Below, one piece after another: positions 1 through 10,836 of a stretch of 64,000 nucleotides of DNA (positions are counted from its first letter, which is position 1; each line of letters starts with the position of its first letter). This stretch comes from Psilocybe cubensis (lineage: Eukaryota), in assembly GCA_017499595.2 (NCBI GenBank), contig CM039000.1, forward strand, positions 2,914,001-2,978,000, read 5' to 3'. The notes under the pieces are model-generated. The model saw only the letters and a list, made by a program, of their open reading frames with translations, was not told the origin of the DNA and made no database searches. The position numbers and the translations under genes are program-made.

Positions 1-1101
1 CAAAATTCATTCCCGTCGACTACAATCCTTGCTTACGATCCATGCGACAGAGCTACAAGTCCTTCATAGGTTGTACTATAAAAACAAAAATCAGCATCGT
101 GGAGCATTGTTCTGGCGAAATGTTACTGAAATGAGACGCTTTTTGGAGAAGATCGAGAAGCTGAAGCTACTTGATTCAACCAACAGTCTGCGTTCAACAT
201 TCTATGACACCACACAAAAGTAAAGTATACCGATGTATGATGGATTCCAACGGATGTTGATGCTTTTCAGCATAAATGCTATCAAGGGGCCTTGGACGCA
301 CTACCCGAACGAAAGGACATTAGTCAAATTCTTGGACCACTGTAATATTGCAGTAAAGCTGCTGGACAAGGTTCTCACTTTAATTTTATGTCTGGTTCAC
401 ATTTCTTATAAAGTCGATCATAGATGTCAGAGCGTTCCCTAATTGCCTATAGGTTGTGTCCTGTGTTTTTTTTCTTCAAATTAACCAAGCTCATCGTTTT
501 AGCAGATCCTTTCATCGGTCGTTGCAGTCAGCTGCGTTTCTTCAAATCCTTCTTATGTTTGTCGCAATCGCATCCAGGGCTGGAACATTAGCCACAGAAC
601 TTATTGATACCGTACGCCTCATAATCTCTTGCACTAATCGACTTATTCTTATAACCGTGGGTGGGATCTGTTGTCTAACGGTTCAAATAATTCATCATTA
701 GCGATACTCAGATACACAATAAAGATGAACTGGCAGGGCCTGGGCCCATTCAAAATTCTGATGCAAAGCCGCAACCAATGGATGTTGATAACTCCGTTGA
801 TTTGTTGTCCATATCACAGGCGATTGGTGTCATGACCACGCAACAGAAAACTGCGCAATCCGCACCAGTGATTTCTCCAACACAGGACTCCAATGCGGCA
901 CCCCGTACGCTGATTTCATTGTCATGGATTTGTGCTAAATCTGAAGTACTTTATCAATTTTTAGCACCTATCACAGTGCCAAAAACGGTGGTTTACAAAA
1001 CAAGAATAGAACCCAAGCAACTGTCGGAGCCAGTTCCTATACCCAAAAAGAAAAAGCGCAAAGCACCCAGAAACGAGATCGATGATATCTTCGGCTTTTG
1101 A
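1..1101 (+). CDS. RNase MRP subunit Rmp1-like / DUF4477 nucleolar protein (multi-exon, 5' end probably outside window)
   Basis: N-terminal ELQVLHRLYYKNKNQHRGALFWR motif and C-terminal KKKKRKAPRNEIDDIFGF, both typical of Rmp1/Nepro-like proteins; several short GT-AG introns; stop at 1099-1101. Confidence 0.65.
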
Positions 1102-1525
1102 GGAAGATTGCACAATGTCAACGGCACTTGATATATTTTCACAATTTGATGTCCTGCACGCAACTTGTTAGCGAGGATCATCACAAACATAATGATACTC
1201 CTGAGATATCATCGCAATCACTTTAGTGATCTATATCTAGGTTGCAAACCCCAAAGCAACGTTTTCTCAAAGGATGGTGTCAAACCAGAATTGCATTCGT
1301 GTACCAAAGCAACTCGAGTGCAACAGGAGGAAGGGTGAAATGAGTGGTACTTTCCTATAGCCGTAAATACTACTAGAGTAATAAAAAAATAAAAAGAGGC
1401 CCAAGTAGCAGTAGGTAAATAATTCGAAAAAAAAGTCCGACAAAACAAAAAAAGGTATATGGAGTGAACAAATTATTCTATGAAAGGTCCGTCTTGCATT
1501 ATTTATGAGTCCATTATGCACACAA

Positions 1526-3136
1526 TTACAACATCATGAAAGTGGCGAAGGCAGCAACGAGGCCGACGGCAATCTTAGAGGAGGATGTTGCGATAGCACC
1601 ACTGCTGGAAGGGTTGCCAGAGGTCTCAGGCGCAGCGCTGGCGGTGGAGGGAGAGCTAGCAGCAGGAGCAGCAGGAGCGCTGCTGGCAGCGGGTGCAGCA
1701 CTGGCAAGAGCGGCGCTGAGGTCCTGAGGGATCATCAAAGGGGTAGAGCCACCGGCGCTGAGATCGATTGAACCATCATCCTTGATAACTTCGGCATTCT
1801 GGGCAAGGAAAGTACGAGTGTACATGACGTTCTCGGCGACGTAGGAGTGGGACCACTCGGGGAGGGAGCTCATGTCAATGTTGTTACCCCAGGAGGAAGC
1901 AGCCGCATTGCCAGAGGTCTGCTTGCTGGTGTACGAAGCGTACGCGGCGACGTCAGAGTTCTAATACATCTATTTCAGCAACTGTTGCATCATAACAACA
2001 AAGATGTTCTCACGTTGGCAGCAAGAGCAGGCATCATGGAAGAGACAGATGATGGAGCAGCGAAAGCATTGGGAGGGTTGATGATTCCGAACATTCCCTT
2101 TTGGCAGTGGGTGGGGGTTCCGCAATAGAAGAAGACTGGGTCGGTGGTGTTCACGACTTGCGTAACTAAAGAGGAAGATTAGCATTTGATTGCTTATGTC
2201 CCATAGAAATTGACTCACAGACGAAGCCCTGGTTTTGAGTTCCCGATGTGAAGAGGTTGTCCGAAGTCTTGTTGCAAGGGGTAAGCTCGGAAGACTTGGT
2301 GACGGTGTGGTTGTTGGCACCCCACATGAACTTGATAGTATCACCGACGGAAGCATTCACGGCGAAGGGAACGTAGCGGAGGACACCCTGAGTGGGCGCA
2401 ACGATAACGGTGTGGGTGGCGCCCGAACCGTAGTTCGCAGTATTGGTGGCAGTGGGAGTGTATGGCGAAGGGAGGTTGCCATAAGAAGCAATGCATTCTG
2501 GTAGAGAGTCAGATTTTGAATTTTGAATTGTTAATGTGTACGTACGTTGAACACAGTCGTTGTATCCAGAGTTCCCCCAGTTAGAATTACCCGATCCATA
2601 AGAAGGGGTGGAGTAAGACTGCCACGCAGACGAGGTAGAAGTTGACAGAGCGGTGGAGGTCGCCCACGAAGCAGAGCTGGAGGAATCCCAGTTAGAACCA
2701 CCTCCGTAGTTGGACTCTGACCCGTAGCTTCCGCCGCTTGAACCATAGCTCCCACTTCCTGAACCATAGCTGGAGCTCGAGTCCCAGCCAGACGAACCAC
2801 CGGAAGAACCCCCATAGGAGGAACCGCTACCATAGTTGGAGCTGCCATAACCAGAGCTACCATAGCTGGAGCCGGAACCGTAGCTGGAACCAGAGTTCGA
2901 AGAGCCATAGCTGGATGAGGTGGAAACAGAGGTTGCCCTAAAGTGAATGCAAGTATCAGTGCCAATTAACTGTAACGATTTGACTGAGCATACTGAGGGG
3001 ATGAGGTATCGGTAATGGGGGTGCCATCAGGAGCCGATACGGCGGGCTCGTTGATAGAGCTATCGGGGCGGGGGAGAGCGGCAGCGAAGCCGGAAAGGAG
3101 AGCAGCAGCTCCAACGAAAGACGTGATGAAAACCAT
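1526..3136 (-). CDS. Secreted, probably GPI-anchored cupredoxin-domain protein with Ser/Gly/Tyr-rich low-complexity region
   Basis: Signal peptide MVFITSFVGAAALLSGFAAA; SYG repeats; cupredoxin core with NNHTVT and FYCGTPTHCQKGMFG (His/Cys/His/Met type-1 Cu ligands); Ser/Ala linker and hydrophobic C-terminus KIAVGLVAAFATFMML. Confidence 0.85.
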
Positions 3137-4132
3137 TATAGAATATCGAAAAGACCGTGGATTGTTGTGTCGAAAATAATTTTATGAATAATAAACCTTC
3201 CTGAGGACTGCTACTTTAAATCTCTGTCAAAGAGTAAATCTAATGGGATTGGCAATGAGAAGACGAAAAATGAAGCAAAAGAAATGCAGACATACCTCGG
3301 ATGTACGAAGGATTGACTGATCGAAGTCAACTCGACGAAAAAGAGAGTAAAAAAGAACGAAAGAAGGAGACGAAAAGAGACGGCCAAAAGGAAAGGATGA
3401 AGAATCAAGTGTGAACCTGTGGCAAGCTATTTATTCAATCCTCTCGGCCTGCCAAAAGCCATGGTAACAGGGATCATGAGGGAGCTCCTGGTATAGCTTC
3501 TCTGCTGGGAAATGATGCCCGAATCTGTGGGTCGGCCTCATCTTTTCGGTGCAATCACAACTTGGTCGTGATTGGGCTTAATTTGGCTCGGCAGCGTCCA
3601 ACGAGTTGAATACAACATTGTCGCTGTTGTGGGAGGACATAGACAATGGAACAGACCTGGTTTACCGCCTCGTCGCATCTCAATCTGATGCTTCAGCTTG
3701 ACTTGAGTGACATTTTGTGATCAGTAAACATGGGAGATGGTGGTAACCTTTCACCATGATGGGCAGTTCGGAGTCGTCGTTGCCATTCGTCCATGTTGCG
3801 GTCCCTATTTTTATTTAATCTCAGCCAATCACATCCGGCTCACCTCTGCCGACGTATTTTTGGTCTTCCACCCAGTTGCTACCTCCTCTAACGCCTCAAA
3901 CTGTCCAGACCACTCCCAAAATTTTGCAAACGCTGATGAAGCCTGCCAGTTGCTTTTTTTATGTTACTGTTTGTTAGGATTGCATGTTGCTGCAGTCCGA
4001 TCACATCATATTACTCCTTGGATCATTCGCTTTGATATCATTGGACAACTCTTCGTATATACCCCGGTTTGCGACATAATACATCCAAAGTATTTCGGTT
4101 TTTCATTAAAAATAGTTGGAAACTTAGACAAC

Positions 4133-5130
4133 TTAGACTCTGCTAGCATTACGCCGGAGTTCTCTCATCTGCTTCAGACGGTCTGCACCAGATATCTTTG
4201 TTGGCCCATTTGAAGATATTGGCTTGGTGTTTTGAATGTCTTTGTTCTTTTGCGCGTGCGCACCCGGGATTGTGGTATTGTCTCCATAGGCGGGTCGGTT
4301 TCGGCGCTGAGTTTGCTCTCGCACTTGGCTGTCGTCAGGTAGAGCTGTCCTATCGGAGCGCAGCAAGCCTCCTTGTCCTCTCTCTTTCTCGCTGAACAGC
4401 CAAGCAGGCAGCTCGGAAGGTGTGCGTGCCTTCGCTAGGTGATAAGCCCTCATAACACGAGTGAGTTGAGTTTCTCCCTCTGTGATATATCAATCAGCAT
4501 CTCTATATTCAGCAACGTGTATGAAGATCTCCTTACCTTCATCCTCGTCTCCATTTCCTTGAGAGGTCAAACCGGATGCCCATACCTTGCTGACTTCTTG
4601 AGTGATCATGGTCGCAGCTTCAGTCACTCGTCTCCATGTAAAAGTAGCATCGTAGTACGAGTTGCTGTGGACAATATGTTTAGATATAGGTTGCATCCAA
4701 TCAAACCGAAAGGGGCGCACTTGTGACGGGAGTCATCTTCACGATTAGATTGCTGCTGACCGGTACTTCCTATCCCATCATCACTTTGCAAAGTAGTTCT
4801 TGAAGAACTTGGACTATGTCTCACTCTCGGCCAAGTTGGAGCGCTGGATGAAGAGGACGTGGATGTAGTGTCCTCAGACCAACGGCCACGCCTATTAACC
4901 ATTCCGTCATTATCGTATCGTTGCTGGGGTCTAACATTTCTCTGAGTAGTGTCCTGCACTGTAGCACGTTGGGCAGATGGATTGCGAGGTCGGGGATTTG
5001 AAGGAATTGGCAAATGGGTACGAGATGTACGTGGACTTTCCGCTTGACGAGTGGGAGGAGTAGGACGGCTCGCCACTCTAGATCGAGGATTGCTGGGGAG
5101 CCCTTGGGGAATGCGAGCAGACGAAGACAT
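4133..5130 (-). CDS. Mso1-like Sec1-binding domain protein (3 exons)
   Basis: Splicing (first intron 4720-4665, second ~4534-4480) gives DEDEEGETQLTRVMRAYHLAKARTPSELPAWLF, which resembles the Mso1 Sec1-binding motif; the rest is disordered. Confidence 0.55.
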
Positions 5131-5487
5131 CGATTCAACTTAGGAAAATACAATAGCTAGGCCAGAGCTGTGTAGGTGAACCAGTGTCCAGCTGGTCAAT
5201 CAGAAAAAGGTGCACGGCACGAGAGAAAGTGAAGGAAACCCAGGAAAGACCGGAACTATCGAAAGTCACAGAAATTAAAGAACAAAGAACTGATTCTGGA
5301 GTCCATTATTGGCAGGTACTGTCGCCGTTGTAGTCTTGTGGATGGTATCAGTAACAGCCAGTGCCAAACCGGGTAATGATTGTAGCCCTGACGATCGCAT
5401 CATATTGACGACACTTTTTGTGTACAGTAAACATGGCCGGTTCAATAAAAAAGATTTCCGCGCAGTTTTCTTTCCAACATCCGCACT

Positions 5488-7285
5488 ATGCTGTCCGCAA
5501 GTCTTGCCCGAGGAATCCGCCAGGCGTCGAAACCGACCGCTTTGCAAAGTAGATCGGCGACAACTGCCTCGAGTTCGCAGAAATTCAAGGTGCTGGTCGT
5601 CGGGGGAGGTATGATTGCTTCCGTGTTGATGTATAGGTCCCCGCATCTCACATCTTGATTCCACTATAGGTAGTGCCGGATTGTCTGTTGCACAACAGAT
5701 ATATAACAGATTTCAAGCTGCTGGAAAATCTTTAGCTGCTGGTGATATCGGCATTGTGGACGCAGCTGAGAACCATTATTACCAAGTAAGCACTTTCCGG
5801 AATAGAATGCAAAAGTTTGTGCTTATCGTATTGACAGCCAGGGTGGTATGTGTTGCTGCTCTTTGGCCAGCGTGACGAAGGCGAATCTCATATAACTGTA
5901 TTGTAGGACCCTTGTCGGCTCCGGATTGCTCCCAAAGACTGATTTCAGTCGTCCATTGGCTTCCTTGATCCCGGCTCACATCGCTCACATTCCCGAAAAC
6001 GTCAAATCATTCTCCCCGAATTCGTCAACAGTCACAACAACCAGCGGAAGAGATATTTCTTATGACACCCTTGTCGTCGCCGCCGGACTCCAAACAAACT
6101 TCGATGGGATTGCGGGTCTGCCAGCTGCTTTGGAAGATCCAAACTCTGGGGTTTCCACAATCTATTCCTACAAAACCTGCGACAAGGTTTGGACCGACAT
6201 CGAAAACTTAAAATCAGGGAAGGCTGTTTTCACCCAACCCGCTGGAATCATCAAGTGCGCTGGAGGTAAATTATTTGAGTGACGCAAACAACTCTGTCTG
6301 ACGGCATTATTCAGCACCTCAAAAGATAATGTGGATGGCTTGGGATCGGTTCCGAAGAACGGGACGCCAGGACATTAGCGTCAATTTTTACACCGGGATG
6401 CCTACCATGTTTAGCGTGAAAAAGTACTCTGATGCTCTCGATGCACTCAGGCAGGAGCGTGGCGTCGGTGGATACTTTGGACATAACCTAGTTTCTATCG
6501 ACTCAGGAAACCGCAAGGCCACTTTCAAAAAAGCAGACGATGGTTCAGAAGTCACCGTTGATTATTCGCTACTTCATGTAACGCCACCAATGGGTCCTCT
6601 TAACGTGTTCAAAGGTTCACCTATTGCTGACGCCGCAGGATGGGTGCCAGTCAATAAGGCGACTCTGCAACACGACAAGCCCGAGTTCAGCAATGTCTTT
6701 GCCATTGGTGATTGCTCAAATCTACCCACGTCAAAGACAGCGGCGGCTATCACTGCTCAAGCACCAGTTTTGACTGAGAATTTGTTTTCTTTCGTCGACA
6801 CCGGGAAAGTCGCGATCGCTGAGTACGATGGTTATACCAGCTGCCCTGTATGCCTGATTAGATTTTTCTTTGGTGGACTCGTGACTAAATCGACATTTCT
6901 TCTAGCTCCTGACTGGATACGGTGAACTCATGCTCGCTGAATTCAAGTATGGATTAGAGACTAAAGAGTCGTTCAGCGACTTCTTCGATCAGAAGAAGAG
7001 CAATAGGTAATGTTGTTCATGAATTCCCTCCGATCGCTCGCTGATACGTCCTGCACCATTTTCTCTAGATTTTTCTACCATTTAAAAAAGGTAGCGATTA
7101 TTTCGGAGGCTTAACGCCGTTTACAAAAACTGATCATTGCTTTTGTAGGATGTCTTCCCATATGCGTACTGGAATTATATGGTAATATTTCACGAATTTC
7201 GCTCGATGCTTTACTTATCTGCCTACCGTATCAGGTCAAGGGTACATGGTTCGGATCGAAGGGGTTGAGCAAACCAGAATTTTAG
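5488..7285 (+). CDS. Mitochondrial sulfide:quinone oxidoreductase (Hmt2/SQOR family)
   Basis: Arg/Ser-rich presequence; FAD motif VLVVGGGSAG; HYYQPGWTLVG; catalytic IKCAGAPQK and YTSCPL; NVFAIGDCS. Confidence 0.93.
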
Positions 7286-7801
7286 AAGATTCGTTGTAGG
7301 ATATTTATCTAAAGTATATCAATCCAAAATGTACAATCTCAAGCATGAAGCGCAATATGTAGGTTTCTGTGCCTTCGAAATATGCGCTGTCATACTTCTG
7401 TATTCTAGTTCAATATATGACCATCACATTCCAAAAATTCTGAAAATACTATCAATATTGTAACACTTCGGGCAAACTCAGTGCAAACTCTAGCAGCTGA
7501 GTCGGACGAACATGCAAGGAACAGCCAAGTCCTTTTTGGGGCTCATTGAGGCACGGGATTGACGCGACGCGTCGATGACTAATTCTTCCCATGTGGGAAA
7601 TCAACACGTTGATTGTGGGTGTGCCACACGTGACCTATGATGCAAAGGAACTCGACTTAGATCGGAACTTAAGGCTTGACCTTGTACTTGAAGCCACCTT
7701 CCTTGCGGATACAGCTTTTCTGGGAACTGCCTCTATCCAACTCATCCAGGGTGTCTGATTCTTGATTTTTGACTTTCTATCAGGCTTTAACTCTTGCGGC
7801 C

Positions 7802-10655
7802 ATGTCACGATTGACTTCGGCGCAAGTCATTAGTCTGGGCGACTATTTGGAGCCCGACTTTGACCCAGCATCACTCACTGTGTCACAACTTCTTGGTGTT
7901 TTGGGATACCATAATATCGCATATCCAACTCCTTACACCAAGCCAAAGCTTATTCAAGTTTTCAATAATGAAGTCAAAACTAGGGCGAAAAAGTTCAAGA
8001 AAGAACGCATAAAAAAGGAAAATAGTATTGCAAGCGAAGAAGGGATCACGGATGGAATTACAGGACAACCATTAGCTGGCAGGTCGAAAGTGAGTCTCGG
8101 AGATATATAGCTTAATGGCTAATTTATGAAGGGGATCACAGCTCCCAGCACCGGTGGCTAGGCGAACGTCTCGTCGCCTTTCACAAATACCAAAAGATGA
8201 GGATAGCTCACCCACAAGGCCCGAACCCGTAAGTTATATATAGTCAAAACTGGAATGCTTTTACTGAACATCTCAAATCGGGCAGCCCAAACGACGGAGA
8301 TCATCCGCTCAACCTGTGTTAGGCGGATCGTCAAAAAGAGTGGCACAATCTCAGGTAACCCTGATTGAGGAGAGTGAACCAGAAGAAGAGCAACCCGTAA
8401 GGAAAGTAGGCAGAACCAAGAAATTGGTGAGTGAACTCTTTCATCAAAAGAGAATGCTCATAATTGATTTGGATAATTTTGGAGACTTCCCCCGGTGTAC
8501 AAGGTCGCCGAGTGTCGCATGTCGTGAGTTGGTTTAGCTTTCTGTAAGACTGTTGACGTATTCACTGAAAGAAAAATGGTAGTCTGGGGGGGAAGATAGC
8601 GGATGGGAGGATAACAACATCTTTCAATCTGGTGCTGAAGATTCCTCACCAGCTCGGCCATCTCCAATTCGTCCCAGAGCGTCTAGGGCTAGTGGAATAC
8701 CTCGCAAAACACGTAAATCGACATCTGCACCTCCGCAACCGTTGGACTCTCCTCTTCGCCCAACTAATCTCCCCGATCATATTCCACGCTCCCCACCGCA
8801 ATCTCCCTTCCGTCCCTCACTTCCGCCTATTCCAACCTTTGGACGAACACAACCGGAAAAAGTCCGTTTTACGCCCGTCCGCGAATTCTCTCCAGCCGAA
8901 CACACCAAGCCTGAGCACCCCCAAGGTACTTTGAAGGATAAAGACCACGGCGAAGTAGAAGAAAGGCATATATCTCCTGGAGCATTTTCATTTGAAGCTC
9001 TCCAACGAGCACCCGAAGTGGAACAGCATGACAACGTTGACGAATCTCCGAAAGATAGTGACAGTCAAATCGACGAAGCTATTTCTCGGATTATGTCCGA
9101 AGAAATGCATGATGTGGATGTATACCCGAGTGCAGAACCATCGGCTCCCGTAAATCGATTGGCCAGGGGTGTTGTATGGGCACTTATTTTTGCATCACTT
9201 TTTGGAATCTACAGTTACAAGTCAGAATCCGCGTCAATAGGCTTCTGTGAAAGAGGAAGTAACACTAGCCAAGCGCTCGACAATATCTTGTTTGATCGAG
9301 CGGCCAAGGAAGCTTGTCAAAGACGGAACTCTCTGCTTCAAAACTCATCTCAGCCACACGAAGAGCTCGCGAAAGGGTATGAAGATTGCGGACTACCTCC
9401 TTTGGTCCCCATTCCTCACCCTAGTTCGTGTACCTCATGTCCAGACCATGCTTCTTGCAGTCAATTTGAGGTGACTTGCGATTCAGGGTATCTGCTGAAA
9501 CCGCACATCTTGCTGTCGTTTATACCAGTGTCTCCGTCTAGATCTTCTCTTACGACTTCATATGTGCCACAGCTTAGCGAAGGGTTCTTCAAAGCTGTAT
9601 CCATTGCTACAGATGGTTTCCCTGGCTTTGGAAGTGTTGGCTTACCACCTCGTTGCGTAGAAGATCCCCAAAGAAGGCGACACATTGGAGCAATGGGAAA
9701 GTCCATAGAATCACGGTTAGCAAAGGAAAGAGGAAAGCGCGTTTGTCGCGGAGATCATACCACACCTGTATCGGACTCTCAGGCCCAATTGGACGAAGCT
9801 GTTAAATGGGGTGTAGAGGAAAATCAATTAAGAGAATTTTACCGGAAAACCGCATCCGTAAGTGTTTACAGTGTTGCCTTCTTTCCTTCTGTTTCCAAAA
9901 AAGTTGCTAAGTTGATATACAGCCCAAAGTATTACCTCAATTCGATGAAATGTTTGACAAGGCTATTCAGCAATTGACTGAATGGGGAGGTGTATTCATT
10001 GGCCAAGATGCAGAGTGAGTAATGGGTCCGTTTGTGTGTCCGTGTATACTTTGATTAATTCTACTGCCAAATAGCGGGAAACGTTACATTGCCAATAAGA
10101 CTCCCGAGATGAGCTGGCAGTGCATAGTTGCCGTTAAGTCTCGAGAGACATGGGCCGTATGGCGGACGACAGTCATCGGTACGTTATCAGATTTCTTATT
10201 GTTTAACATGAACAATGAGCTGATCATGATCGTATCCTATATTGTCACTATTGCGTTGATTAGCCTCCGTTGTCTCCATTTTGGCTATTTTAGGTGGACG
10301 ACTTCGGTTGACGCAGAAACAAAAGGAAAATAGGCGCATTGCTGGTTTGGTGCAGGTGGCCTTGGACACTTTACGTAACCAGGAAATGGCACACTATACC
10401 GACCCTATTTCTGCGCCTCAGCCATATCTGTCCTCAATTCAGCTCCGAGACCTGGTGCTGCAAGAAGAGCACTCGGTTCCGACGAGAAGACGGCTATGGG
10501 AGCGCGTGGAGCGCGTGGTGGAAAGCAATGCGAATGTGAGAGCTAATCTAGAGGAGATCGAGGGTGGAGATGAAACTAGGGTTTGGAGATGGGTGGGAAG
10601 CACTGGCAGAACTCCGGGAAGACGAGGGGTGCACGAAGTGGAAGCTGGTGGTTAA
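7802..10655 (+). CDS. SRC1: Inner nuclear membrane protein Src1/Heh1/Man1 (HeH/LEM + MSC domain)
   Basis: N-terminal YLEPDFDPASLTVSQLLGVL HeH domain; TM segment, luminal Cys motifs (IGFCE, CTSCPDHASC); C-terminal LRDLVLQEEH...LWERVERVVESNANV...VWRWVG. Confidence 0.9.
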
Positions 10656-10798
10656 TGAAAATTTCTTCTCTGTGTTCAGTAACTTTTTGGATTTTGACCC
10701 GTTTTCTCGCGGTACTTTATCCGGTATATATATACTAGCTTTCTTTTATAACTTTGACTTCCTGAAGCTTCTACGATCCACGGACGCCTTCCTTCGCG

Positions 10799-10818
10799 AT
10801 ATATATATATATATATAT
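10799..10818. repeat. (AT)n microsatellite in the SRC1 3' region
   Basis: About 10 consecutive AT units. Confidence 0.9.
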
Positions 10819-10836
10819 CTGTTCTGACCAACCAGA

